Shown: positions 11,454 to 21,124 of the stretch, piece by piece
Position numbering within the stretch: position 1 is the stretch's first letter
Layout: every line of letters begins with the position of its first letter
NCBI GenBank assembly: GCA_964473915.1
Contig: CAYYRK010000003.1
Span: 1 to 40,220 of the forward strand
Direction: 5' to 3'
Source: an uncultured Pseudomonadales bacterium
GTDB taxonomy: Bacteria; Pseudomonadota; Gammaproteobacteria; Pseudomonadales; IMCC2047
Length of the DNA stretch: 40,220 nt
Notes under the pieces: generated by a model
Seen by the model: only the letters and a program-made list of their open reading frames with translations
What the model was told of the DNA's origin: nothing
Database searches by the model: none
Position numbers and translations under genes: made by a program

Positions 11454-11574
11454 AATTACTCAGTGAAAAACCGCAGAGTTTACGCCAGAGTCTCGCCATA
11501 ATCAGGTAGCAGATCATAACGGACCCCAAAAACCGACTGAAAAAAAGCACATTGTTTGATACGGGATGAAGGGC

Positions 11575-12699
11575 TCAAAGAACTGCCATTGGATAAGACC
11601 CCAACATATGCAGATCAATGACATCCTCTTCGAGAAAGTCCAATATTTCCCTGATATTTTTCTCTTGGCAGTGTCCCTCAAAATCGATAAAAAAGGCATA
11701 AGCCCAGGTACTATGCCTTGTCGGACGAGTTTCGATACGCGTCAGGCTGATCCCTTTACGCTGAAATGGCTCTAACAGGTGATAAAGAGCACCTGGACGG
11801 TTGCGGGTAGCCACGATAATTGAAGTTTTATCCTTGCCACTGGGCGCAACAACCTGCTTCCCGATCACCAGAAAGCGCGTGGTGTTGTCTGGTTGATCCT
11901 CAATCTGCTCAAACTGTTTGCCAAGCTGATAGGTTTGCGCGGCCATATCGCCCGCAATGGCCGCCACCATGCCACCCTCTTCGCTGCAAGGAGTTTTTGC
12001 TGCCCTGCTGGCTGCCTCGGCATTACTGCTAACACTGACGCGCTCGGCATGAGGAAGATTAGCATTCAACCACTGACGACACTGCGCTAGTGACTGCTCG
12101 TGAGAATAAACCCGACAAATATTCTCAAGCGGTACCGGATCTTTGGTCAAAAGGTGATGGTGAATGCGCAGCTCTACCTCACCACAAATCTGCAATTCCG
12201 AATTAATAAAGCTGTCCAGTGTGGGATTAACCATGCCTTCGGTAGAATTTTCAACGGGCACGACACCGTAGTTCGCAGAACCCGACTCAACCTCACGAAA
12301 AATTTCATTAATAGAAGCCAACGGCTTACAAATAACTGAACGGCCAAAATGTTTAAGTGCCGCAGCCTGGGTAAAAGTACCCTCTGGCCCGAGAAAGGCA
12401 ACCTGCATCGGCTGCTCCAGTGCCAAGCATGTGGACATAATTTCTCTAAAAATACGAGCTATCGCCTCATCAGCAAGAGGCCCTTGATTACGGAGCATCA
12501 CCTCTCTTAACACCTGAGCTTCCCGCTCAGGGCGATAAAAAACCGGTTCCGCCTGGGGGTTATACTCCATTTTTACTGCTGCCACTTGCTGGGCACAGCC
12601 CGCCCGTTCACTGATCAGTTTCTGGATATCCGTATCGATCTTATCGATCTGCTCTCGCAGGCGGTTAAGTTGTTCCTGCTCTGTTTTTCCAGCGCTCAT
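11575..12699 (-). CDS. pheA: bifunctional chorismate mutase / prephenate dehydratase (P-protein)
   Basis: N-terminal CM helix (LNRLREQIDKIDTDIQKLISERA), PDT domain (VAFLGPEGTFTQ, TRFLVIG) and ACT domain (ESRP-like TRIETRP). The first ATG is at 12697-12699; the track start at 12714 is a TTG. Confidence 0.92.
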   Translation of the reverse strand: MSAGKTEQEQLNRLREQIDKIDTDIQKLISERAGCAQQVAAVKMEYNPQAEPVFYRPEREAQVLREVMLRNQGPLADEAIARIFREIMSTCLALEQPMQVAFLGPEGTFTQAAALKHFGRSVICKPLASINEIFREVESGSANYGVVPVENSTEGMVNPTLDSFINSELQICGEVELRIHHHLLTKDPVPLENICRVYSHEQSLAQCRQWLNANLPHAERVSVSSNAEAASRAAKTPCSEEGGMVAAIAGDMAAQTYQLGKQFEQIEDQPDNTTRFLVIGKQVVAPSGKDKTSIIVATRNRPGALYHLLEPFQRKGISLTRIETRPTRHSTWAYAFFIDFEGHCQEKNIREILDFLEEDVIDLHMLGSYPMAVL

Positions 12700-12717
12700 T
12701 GCCAAACCTGCCAACAG

Positions 12718-15318
12718 TTACTGCGTCTCTTCTGTGGGTTGTTCAATATCTGCCTGCCCCTGGTCTGTATTATTTTCACTTTGGTCATCTTCGGGCTCGG
12801 CAACTCGCGCTACCGCAACCAGCGACTCTTTTTTGCCAAGCTTAATCAACCTGACGCCCTGGGTGTTACGACCCACCACAGAGATCTCATCGGTACGGGT
12901 GCGCACCAGCGTCCCCCGAGTGCTGATCAGCATAATCTGATCACCCTCGAGCACCTGGACAGAGCCGACTAAAGCACCATTTCGCTCGCTGGTCTGCATC
13001 GCGATAACACCCGAACCACCACGGTTGTGTGCGGAAAACTCGCTGATATGGGTTCGCTTACCATAGCCGTTTTCACTGACGGACAGAATGTAACCGCCCT
13101 CCTGAGGAAGGATAAGTGAGATAGCCTGCTCACCCCCCTTCAAGCGTATTCCGCGCACACCTCTGGCGGTCCGGCCCATCGGGCGCACATCGTTTTCACT
13201 AAAACGCACCGCCTTGCCGGAACTACTAACCAGCATGATATCCTGACAGCCATTAGTAATAGCCGCGCCAATAAGCTCATCGTCCTCATTCAGATCAACA
13301 GCAATCAGGCCACTGCTGCGCGGCCTTGAGAAATTGGTCAGGGCTGTTTTCTTAACTGTACCACTGGCTGTAGCCATAAAAATATAGTGATCTTCACTGT
13401 AGTCCTCTACCGGCAAAATAGTGGTGATCCGCTCGCCCTCGTCCAGAGAAAGCAGGTTAACCATCGGTCGACCTTTTGCACCTCGGCCAGCCACCGGAAT
13501 TTGAAATACTCGCAACCAGTAAACCTTTCCTCTGCTGGAAAAGCAGAGAACTGTCGCATGGGTACTGGCGACTAAAATATGCTCGACAAAATCCTCATCC
13601 TTAACCGCAGCTGCCAACTTGCCCTTGCCACCTCTACGTTGCGCCTGGTAGGTATCCACCGGCTGTGTTTTTGCGTAGCCGCCATGTGAGAGGGTAACCA
13701 CCATATCTTCTTCGGTAATCATATCCTCCAGGGTCAGATCCTGTTGGGAATGAAGAATTTCGGTACGCCGCTCATCACCGTATTGATCCCTCACTTCTAG
13801 CAGCTCACCCCTGATCACCTGCATAAGCCTGTCCCGACTACCCAGAATTTCAAGCAAGCCGGTAATGCGCTCAATAAGCTCCTTGTACTCAGCGATCAGT
13901 TTGTCCTGTTCCAGCCCGGTTAGGCGGTGCAGACGCAGGTCAAGGATCGCCTGAGCCTGTTCCGGAGACAGGTGGTAGCTGCCCCCATAATAACCAAAGG
14001 CCTCATCCAACTCTTCCGGACGACAAATATTAGCACCGGCGCGATCCAACATTGAAAGTACAGACCCAGGCTCCCAGTCCTGGGCCACCAGCTTCCGTTT
14101 TGCTTCAGCGGAGCTGGGTGAGGCTTTAATCAGAGCGATGACAGGGTCAATATTGGACAGGGCAACCGCCTGACCTTCCAGGATATGGCCACGCTCGCGG
14201 GCTCTACGCAGCTCATAAATGGTACGCCGGGTTACCACCTCACGACGGTGACGGATGAACTGCTCTATCAGCTGCTTAAGATTAAGTGTCTTGGGCTGAC
14301 CATCTACAAGGGCGACTACGTTGATGCCAAAAACATTCTGCATCTGGGTCTGAGCGTACAGGTTATTAAGAATAACCTCTGGCATTTCGCCACGGCGTAG
14401 TTCAATAACAATACGCATGCCGTCCTTGTCTGACTCATCGCGCAATTCGGTAATACCCTGAATATGCTTTTCTTTGACCAGGTCGGCAATCTTTTCGATC
14501 AGGCGGGCCTTGTTAACCTGGTAGGGTATCTCTGTTACGATAATGGAGTGCTTGTTACTTTTCTCATCCGTTTCAATGTGATGACGAGAGCGCAGATATA
14601 TTTTACCTCGCCCGGTCCTGTAGGCATCAAGGATACCCGCACGCCCGTTAATAAAGGCCGCTGTAGGGAAGTCTGGACCGGGGATATGCTCCATCAATTC
14701 TTCAAGTTCAATATCCGGATTCTCCATCATCGCCAGGCAACCGCCGATCACTTCGGTCAGGTTATGAGGGGGAATATTGGTAGCCATCCCAACGGCGATG
14801 CCTGAAGAACCATTGACCAACAAATTGGGTATCCGGGTGGGCATCACTTCCGGGATCTGTTCAGTGCCGTCATAATTGGGTACAAAATCGACCGTTTCTT
14901 TGTCTAGATCCGCTAATATTTCGTGAGAAATCTTGGTCATGCGGATCTCTGTATAACGCATGGCAGCGGCTGAATCGCCGTCAACTGAACCAAAGTTACC
15001 CTGCCCATCAACCAGCAGGTAGCGCAGAGAGAAAGGCTGAGCCATACGTACGATGGTATCGTAAACGGCACTGTCACCATGGGGATGATATTTACCGATC
15101 ACATCGCCTACCACCCGAGCCGATTTCTTGTAGGGCTTATTCCAGTCGTTGTTCAGCACACTCATGGCAAACAGGACCCGCCTGTGCACAGGCTTCAGCC
15201 CATCGCGCACATCAGGCAGCGCCCGTCCCACGATAACGCTCATGGCATAATCGAGATAGGACTGCTTAAGTTCGTTTTCGATATTTACTGGAAGAATTTC
15301 TCTGGCGAGCTCACCCAT
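12718..15318 (-). CDS. gyrA: DNA gyrase subunit A
   Basis: 866 aa with [27 protein letters not shown], active-site AAMRYTE and the [21 protein letters not shown]. Confidence 0.97.
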   Translation of the reverse strand: MGELAREILPVNIENELKQSYLDYAMSVIVGRALPDVRDGLKPVHRRVLFAMSVLNNDWNKPYKKSARVVGDVIGKYHPHGDSAVYDTIVRMAQPFSLRYLLVDGQGNFGSVDGDSAAAMRYTEIRMTKISHEILADLDKETVDFVPNYDGTEQIPEVMPTRIPNLLVNGSSGIAVGMATNIPPHNLTEVIGGCLAMMENPDIELEELMEHIPGPDFPTAAFINGRAGILDAYRTGRGKIYLRSRHHIETDEKSNKHSIIVTEIPYQVNKARLIEKIADLVKEKHIQGITELRDESDKDGMRIVIELRRGEMPEVILNNLYAQTQMQNVFGINVVALVDGQPKTLNLKQLIEQFIRHRREVVTRRTIYELRRARERGHILEGQAVALSNIDPVIALIKASPSSAEAKRKLVAQDWEPGSVLSMLDRAGANICRPEELDEAFGYYGGSYHLSPEQAQAILDLRLHRLTGLEQDKLIAEYKELIERITGLLEILGSRDRLMQVIRGELLEVRDQYGDERRTEILHSQQDLTLEDMITEEDMVVTLSHGGYAKTQPVDTYQAQRRGGKGKLAAAVKDEDFVEHILVASTHATVLCFSSRGKVYWLRVFQIPVAGRGAKGRPMVNLLSLDEGERITTILPVEDYSEDHYIFMATASGTVKKTALTNFSRPRSSGLIAVDLNEDDELIGAAITNGCQDIMLVSSSGKAVRFSENDVRPMGRTARGVRGIRLKGGEQAISLILPQEGGYILSVSENGYGKRTHISEFSAHNRGGSGVIAMQTSERNGALVGSVQVLEGDQIMLISTRGTLVRTRTDEISVVGRNTQGVRLIKLGKKESLVAVARVAEPEDDQSENNTDQGQADIEQPTEETQ

Positions 15319-15663
15319 AAAAAGCTAATTCCCAATCTGTTATTGTTATCAACCGTCCCATAAAAACCCCGCAAAGACCCTGGCTAGCCATACAAAATAA
15401 GACTGCCCTGCGCATTCCAAACCCTGCCCAAGGGTAAAAAGACGCGGGAAGGCTGTCGACCATCCCAGCAGCGGTTCCGGACCGGCACAAAAAGGATGCG
15501 ATTTTAGCACGATTAGCACACCTATATCACAACATCTGGAACCAAAAGCTGAAAATTAATCGGCGTACCGGAACAATTTGCAATTAGGGGGTAGTAAATG
15601 AAACAATCGCACTCTGACCAGCTTGATAGCTGAAAACAAAATCTGGTATCTGGTAAATTAGAC

Positions 15664-17016
15664 ATGGCCGAACCGAAAACTCAGATCGACACGCTTATCT
15701 GTGCACGCTGGATTATTCCTGTGGAACCTGCACGTCAGGTACTTGACAACCATGCGCTGGCGATCCAGTCCAATCGGATCATAGAGATCCTTCCTCAGCA
15801 AGCAGCCGAACTCAAATACCAACCAGAAAACCGTTTTAATCTGGAAACACACGCGCTACTACCCGGCTTTATCAATGCTCACGGACATGCCGCTATGACC
15901 CTGTTCCGGGGTATGGCAGATGACCTGCCGCTTATGGTCTGGCTCAATAACCATATATGGCCAGCTGAGGGCCGCTGGGTTAGCGAAGAGTTTGTTGCGA
16001 CAGGAACAGAGCTTGCCATTGCAGAGATGCTACTCAGCGGAACCACCTGCTTCAGCGATATGTATTTCTTCCCGGATGTTACCGCAAGAATTTGCCAGCG
16101 GTTAGGGATGCGCGCGCAGGTCAGCGCACCTATTCTGGACTTCCCAACAGTTTGGGCGAAGGATGCCTCTGAATATATCCATAAGGGGTTGGCGGTACAT
16201 GATGAGTTTCGTCACAGCGACCTGATTCAGGTTTGTCTGGGGCCTCACTCCCCCTACGCCGTATCTGATGCTTCATTGAAGCAAACGTCCATGCTTGCCA
16301 ACGAGCTGGACACCAACATCCAGATTCACCTGCATGAAACCAAACAGGAGGTCGAAGACGCACTAAAAGAAACAGGCGAGCGTCCAATACAGCGTCTCCA
16401 GCGCCTTGGCCTACTTTCACCACGCTTGCAATGCGTGCATATGACGCAGGTCAATGATGGTGATATTGAGCTATTAAAAGAGCACGGCTGCCACGTTATT
16501 CACTGCCCCGAATCCAATCTCAAGCTTGCCAGCGGATTTTGCCCCACCGCAAAACTGATCGCCAACGGCATAAATGTTGCCTTGGGTACAGACAGCGCTG
16601 CAAGCAATAATGACCTGGACATGGCAGGCGAAATGAAGATCGCAGCACTACTGGCCAAAGGTGTTGCAGAAGATGCATCGGTGATCCCTGCCCATCAAGC
16701 ACTGCGCATGGCTACACTGAATGGTGCCATCGCGCTAGGTATCGAGAGCCTGGTCGGCAGCCTTGAACCGGGCAAATTGGCTGACATTATTGCGGTTGAC
16801 TTCGACTCACCAGGATTTCAGCCCGTCTTCGACCCCATCTCCCATATTGCCTACCTCAGTTCCGGTCAACGCGTTTCTCATTCGTGGGTTAACGGCAATC
16901 TCATGGTTACTGATGGCCAACTACTCTGCCTTAACCAGGCCGAGCTACTCTCTCGACAAGCACGCTGGGCAAAGAAGATCAGCGCGGCTGAAACTCAGCA
17001 ACAGATGATATTTTGA
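15664..17016 (+). CDS. mtaD: amidohydrolase-family 5-methylthioadenosine / S-adenosylhomocysteine deaminase (TRZ/ATZ family)
   Basis: 450 aa with metal-binding INAHGHAAM, HLHET and GTDSAASNN motifs. It sits directly upstream of ubiG, as I recall for the Pseudomonas mtaD-ubiG-mupP block. Confidence 0.8.
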   Translation: MAEPKTQIDTLICARWIIPVEPARQVLDNHALAIQSNRIIEILPQQAAELKYQPENRFNLETHALLPGFINAHGHAAMTLFRGMADDLPLMVWLNNHIWPAEGRWVSEEFVATGTELAIAEMLLSGTTCFSDMYFFPDVTARICQRLGMRAQVSAPILDFPTVWAKDASEYIHKGLAVHDEFRHSDLIQVCLGPHSPYAVSDASLKQTSMLANELDTNIQIHLHETKQEVEDALKETGERPIQRLQRLGLLSPRLQCVHMTQVNDGDIELLKEHGCHVIHCPESNLKLASGFCPTAKLIANGINVALGTDSAASNNDLDMAGEMKIAALLAKGVAEDASVIPAHQALRMATLNGAIALGIESLVGSLEPGKLADIIAVDFDSPGFQPVFDPISHIAYLSSGQRVSHSWVNGNLMVTDGQLLCLNQAELLSRQARWAKKISAAETQQQMIF

Positions 17017-17153
17017 AACCTTTGCGAAAGAGATGATTTTATTTTTAGGCAAAGCAAAAAAATACAGAGCATTGGAGGAGAGGGCTGACCCAACAACCAA
17101 TAAAGCAATTTTCAATACACAGTGGGAGCAAAAAACTCTCATGCAAAGGTCTT
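17015..17153 (+). mobile_element. 139-bp MITE-like non-autonomous element, copy A, with terminal inverted repeats; flanked by a 5-bp direct repeat ATTTT
   Basis: The left end GAAACCTTTGCGAAAGAG matches the reverse complement of the right end, AAGACCTTTGCATGAGAG (13/18). ATTTT occurs at 17010-17014 and again at 17154-17158. Length is identical to copy B and both terminal ~45-50 nt are homologous to it; copy B lies in the opposite orientation. Confidence 0.6.
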
Positions 17154-17174
17154 ATTTTGAACCTTGAGGTAGAT

Positions 17175-17906
17175 ATGCCAAACAGCACTAAAACCAAAAA
17201 ACCCAACGTTGACCAGGACGAGATTGCCAAATTTGAAGCCATCGCACACCGATGGTGGGATCCTGATAGTGAATTCAGACCGTTACACCAGATCAATCCA
17301 CTGCGACTAGGCTTTATTGATAAAATTGTCGGCCTCTCTGGCAAGAAAGTGCTGGATGTAGGCTGTGGTGGTGGCTTACTTTCAGAAGCGATGGCCCTGA
17401 GAGGTGCCCACGTCATGGGCATTGATATGGGGGAAACACCCATTCAGGTAGCAAAATTACACAGCACAGAGTCGGGAGTTACTGTCGATTATATCAAAAC
17501 GAGTGCTGAAACTCTGGCGGCAGATTCCAAAGATACAGGCCCCCTCTTTGACGTTATTACCTGCATGGAGATGCTGGAGCATGTACCCGATCCAGCCGTT
17601 ACCATTCAGGCCTGCATGGAACTGCTCAAACCTGACGGACACCTGTTTCTCTCCACCATCAACCGTAACCCAAAATCATTCCTCTTTGCCATTGTCGGCG
17701 CTGAGTATGTTTTGAAACTGTTGCCCAAAGGCACCCACGATTTTGCCAAATTTATCAAACCCTCGGAACTTGCCGCCTGGGTGCGCCAAGCGGGAGCTAG
17801 CGTCAAGGAGATTACCGGGCTTTCCTACAACCCCCTCACTCAAAAATACCGACTGGCTAATGACGTCAGCGTTAACTACATGCTACACGCCACTCAAACC
17901 GATTAA
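17175..17906 (+). CDS. ubiG: bifunctional 3-demethylubiquinol / 2-polyprenyl-6-hydroxyphenol O-methyltransferase
   Basis: [14 protein letters not shown] and SAM motif [13 protein letters not shown]. The ATG at 17175 is preceded by GAGG; the track start at 17157 is a TTG inside the repeat flank. Confidence 0.93.
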   Translation: MPNSTKTKKPNVDQDEIAKFEAIAHRWWDPDSEFRPLHQINPLRLGFIDKIVGLSGKKVLDVGCGGGLLSEAMALRGAHVMGIDMGETPIQVAKLHSTESGVTVDYIKTSAETLAADSKDTGPLFDVITCMEMLEHVPDPAVTIQACMELLKPDGHLFLSTINRNPKSFLFAIVGAEYVLKLLPKGTHDFAKFIKPSELAAWVRQAGASVKEITGLSYNPLTQKYRLANDVSVNYMLHATQTD

Positions 17907-17921
17907 TTTTCGACACTACCC

Positions 17922-18596
17922 ATGAAAAAAGCCACCGCAATCATTTTCGACCTGGACGGCACACTGCTTGATACTGCCAGAGATTTTACCCAAACTTTGA
18001 ATATACTGCTGTCTGAAAACGACCGGCCACCACTCTCCTATACAACGGTTCGTAACGTAGTCTCTAACGGGGCAAATGCACTGGTAACGCTGGGTTTTAA
18101 CACCCGCGTTGGCGACCCAAAACACCAAAGGCTTCACCAGAGGCTTTTAGCCCTCTACGCAGAAAATCTCGCAGTACACACCCGGTTTTTTCCAGGCATG
18201 AATGAACTGCTGGCTCGCCTTGAACAGTGCCAGATACCCTGGGGTGTGGTCACCAATAAACCCAAACAATTCACCCTGCCTTTACTGGAGCAGATGTCTG
18301 TCTGCCCACCGAATAATGCGGTAATCTGCCCAGAGGATGTCGTAAAGCGCAAACCTGATCCGGAACCTATGATATTGGCCTGTAAAATGCTCAACTGCTG
18401 CCCAGAACATACCCTTTGTCTAGGCGACCACCCCAGGGATATAGCATCAGGTAAAGCAGCAGGCATGCCCACGGCGGCGGCGCTCTACGGGTATATATCA
18501 ACGGATGAGAAACCACAATGCTGGCAAGCAGATCACTATGTAACAAAGATCTCTGAACTTGACGCACTGATTCAGCTAACCCTCAATGATAGTTAA
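17922..18596 (+). CDS. HAD-superfamily phosphatase (phosphoglycolate phosphatase-like; position matches MupP of Pseudomonas)
   Basis: 224 aa with HAD motif I IIFDLDGTLLDT, motif II VVTNKP and motif III GDHPRDIASGKAAG. It lies downstream of ubiG. Confidence 0.8.
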   Translation: MKKATAIIFDLDGTLLDTARDFTQTLNILLSENDRPPLSYTTVRNVVSNGANALVTLGFNTRVGDPKHQRLHQRLLALYAENLAVHTRFFPGMNELLARLEQCQIPWGVVTNKPKQFTLPLLEQMSVCPPNNAVICPEDVVKRKPDPEPMILACKMLNCCPEHTLCLGDHPRDIASGKAAGMPTAAALYGYISTDEKPQCWQADHYVTKISELDALIQLTLNDS

Positions 18597-18609
18597 CACG
18601 GACCCCAAG

Positions 18610-19347
18610 ATGGATTATCAACCAAACCAACAACTTCTTTTGAACCGAAATATTCTCGTCACAGGAGCAGGAGACGGCATCGGGCGAGCCGCAGCAAAAA
18701 CCTACGCGAACCACGGCGCAACCTTGATTCTACTAGGAAAAACAACTGCAAAACTTGAGAAAGTCTATGATGAAATAGAAACCGCTGGTGGCCCTACACC
18801 CTATATTTTCCCGCTGGATCTGAAAAAGGCTACAAAGCAGGACTATCAGCAACTCGCTGGGGCCATCAAGGAGCAGACCGGATCACTACACGGCCTGCTG
18901 CATAATGCGGGCATTCTTGGGCAGCGTACACCTATTGCGAACTACCCTGAAAAAACCTGGCGCGATGTACTGGAAATCAACCTGACTGCACCTTTTCTGC
19001 TGACCCAGGGTCTGCTGCCTCTGTTAGAACAGGCGGAGGATGCCTCCATTATTTTCACCTCCTCCGGCGTAGGCCGAAAGAGTCGTGCTTTCTGGGGCGC
19101 CTACGCAGTATCGAAATTCGCCACTGAAGGCCTTATGCAGACACTGGCAGATGAACTGGATGGCACCTGCAACATTCGGGCTAACTGTATCAATCCCGGA
19201 GCCACCCGAACCCGCATGCGCTCTGAAGCATTCCCGGCTGAAGATACCCGAAAAAATCCACTACCAGAACATATCATGGCAAGCTATCTGTATCTGATGG
19301 GGCCGGATAGCAAGCAGGTAAATGGCCAGTCGATTGATGCCCAGTAG
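18610..19347 (+). CDS. yciK: YciK-family short-chain dehydrogenase/reductase
   Basis: MDYQPNQQLLLNRNILVTGAGDGIGRAAA resembles the E. coli YciK N-terminus, and the catalytic YAVSK motif is present. The ATG at 18610 is preferred over 18586, which overlaps the preceding gene. Confidence 0.85.
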   Translation: MDYQPNQQLLLNRNILVTGAGDGIGRAAAKTYANHGATLILLGKTTAKLEKVYDEIETAGGPTPYIFPLDLKKATKQDYQQLAGAIKEQTGSLHGLLHNAGILGQRTPIANYPEKTWRDVLEINLTAPFLLTQGLLPLLEQAEDASIIFTSSGVGRKSRAFWGAYAVSKFATEGLMQTLADELDGTCNIRANCINPGATRTRMRSEAFPAEDTRKNPLPEHIMASYLYLMGPDSKQVNGQSIDAQ

Positions 19348-19594
19348 ATTAAGCCTGAATACAACCATTTTTTTAGAGGCCTAGACCAGACCCACCACTT
19401 CCCATAGGACGGCAAATTTTTGTCGCCAGCGGCAACGCTTGCATGAAAACCAGGGTGTCCACACGCCATAAATCTGACACGACGCTATATCTGCATGATT
19501 TTACAAGCAAATAAATCTTAAAAAAGATGGCATCATTTTCGCATACATACTTACCCATAAAAGCAAACCCGTTTAAAAAGAACAGGGATTTATT

Positions 19595-20518
19595 ATGGGC
19601 AGCACACCAAATAGCATCGGAATTAGCTTGGTCGAAAATCACGGTAATACGCAACCGGACATAAGTAACGCCCCCAGTGACTTCGTTTACCCGTCAAACA
19701 GGCTGGAAACCAGATTGTTACGAGACCTACAGTCCTCTCTCGATATTGGCGAGATACTCAATATATTTCTCAAAGAATTAAGAACACTGCTACCCGTTGA
19801 TGGACTGTCGTATCATCACACGGAGGATCAGCTGGAGTATAAGATAGGGAAACAGGGCAAGCATCAAGCTACTTACCACCTGGAAACTGACACAGAAAAA
19901 ATGGGTCAAATTATATTCAGTAGCCGCCAGCGCTTCAAAGAGAGTGGGCTCAATATTTTTGAAGACTTAATGAGCTACCTTTTTTACCCTATACGCAACG
20001 CGCTCAAGTATCAAAAAGCGGTCAAAGCAGCCGTAACTGATACGCTAACGAACTGCGGCAATCGTATTGCGATGGAAACTGCCATTTTACGCGAAATACA
20101 ACTGGCAACACGGGATGACACGCCTCTGGCCATCATCATGTTTGATTTTGATTATTTCAAAAAGGTGAATGATACCTTCGGGCACCAGTGCGGTGATTAT
20201 ATACTCAAAAAGATCGCAGCAGAAATCCAGAATATCCTTAGAAAAACTGACCTTATTTTTCGCTATGGTGGAGAGGAGTTCGTTATCCTGCTTCACCGCA
20301 CCACCCTGGAAGGGGCAAAGATAGTTGCAGAACAGATCCGCAATCATGTTGAGAAGTTGCTGCTAGAGTTCAAAAGACAAACCTTAACGGTCACCCTAAG
20401 CCTTGGCGCCACAGCGATGAAAAAAGGTGATGATATCGAATCATTGATTAAGCGAGCAGATGAGTCTCTCTATATGGCCAAGCACAGCGGACGAAACTGT
20501 GTAAAATATATTATCTGA
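19595..20518 (+). CDS. diguanylate cyclase with an uncharacterised (GAF-like) N-terminal sensor region
   Basis: 307 aa. The C-terminal GGDEF domain has an intact GGEEF (20267-20281) and an RKTD I-site five residues upstream (20240-20251). Confidence 0.85.
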   Translation: MGSTPNSIGISLVENHGNTQPDISNAPSDFVYPSNRLETRLLRDLQSSLDIGEILNIFLKELRTLLPVDGLSYHHTEDQLEYKIGKQGKHQATYHLETDTEKMGQIIFSSRQRFKESGLNIFEDLMSYLFYPIRNALKYQKAVKAAVTDTLTNCGNRIAMETAILREIQLATRDDTPLAIIMFDFDYFKKVNDTFGHQCGDYILKKIAAEIQNILRKTDLIFRYGGEEFVILLHRTTLEGAKIVAEQIRNHVEKLLLEFKRQTLTVTLSLGATAMKKGDDIESLIKRADESLYMAKHSGRNCVKYII

Positions 20519-20736
20519 TCTGCAACTTAAAAAACTCACCAAGATCCCTGCGTAAAGTGGCGGCATTCAACGCAGGATTTGCGCCTATAAAAACAAAAGC
20601 TCAATACAGTTCAGCAAAGATATGAGCTGTCATTCCTGGCACAGGTGACAACTAACTCACTGCCACAGGAGAAAAATATTCACGCTCAACGAAAAACAAC
20701 ATTCCGCTTGGGCGGAATATGCAATGATTTAATTCA

Positions 20737-20762
20737 GCATGGGAGCAAGATAGCTCCCATGC
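20737..20762 (-). terminator. hairpin terminator after the csp gene, in the convergent intergenic region
   Basis: Perfect 10-bp stem GCATGGGAGC / GCTCCCATGC with a 6-nt loop, 32 nt after the csp stop on the minus strand, followed by AT-rich sequence. A second 7-bp hairpin ATTCCGC/GCGGAAT lies at 20701-20718. Confidence 0.5.
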
Positions 20763-20793
20763 ATAGACCGGGCTCTATAATTTCTTAATATAT

Positions 20794-20997
20794 TTAAGCC
20801 GGCACAACATTAGTTGCACACGGACCCTTCTGCCCTTGGCCAACCTCAAACTCTACCTTTTGGCCATCACTGAGCGTTGCATAGCCAGAGGTCTTGATTT
20901 CAGAATGGTGCACGAACAGATCTTTCCCGCCGTCATCCGGAGTGATAAAACCATAACCTTTGTCTGCATTGAACCACTTTACTGTACCGTTACTCAT
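20794..20997 (-). CDS. cold-shock protein, CspA family
   Basis: 67 aa: [34 protein letters not shown], with RNP1 and RNP2 motifs. Confidence 0.95.
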   Translation of the reverse strand: MSNGTVKWFNADKGYGFITPDDGGKDLFVHHSEIKTSGYATLSDGQKVEFEVGQGQKGPCATNVVPA

Positions 20998-21067
20998 AGT
21001 GCGCTTCCCTTATTAAGTTTTTGTTAGCTTTGACTCAGCATGCTGCTTTATGCAGAAATCTTTTATG

Positions 21068-21076
21068 ATTATAACA
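21068..21076 (-). promoter_or_regulatory. candidate extended -10 promoter (TGTTATAAT) for the csp gene
   Basis: The minus strand reads TGT-TATAAT about 70 nt upstream of the csp ATG. That would give the long 5' UTR usual for cspA-type genes, and AAGGGAAG lies upstream of the ATG as SD. The -35 is poor. Confidence 0.35.
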
Positions 21077-21124
21077 AGTTATTGAGTTTTTAAAATCTCT
21101 TTAGTTTGCCATTTTTATTTGGGT

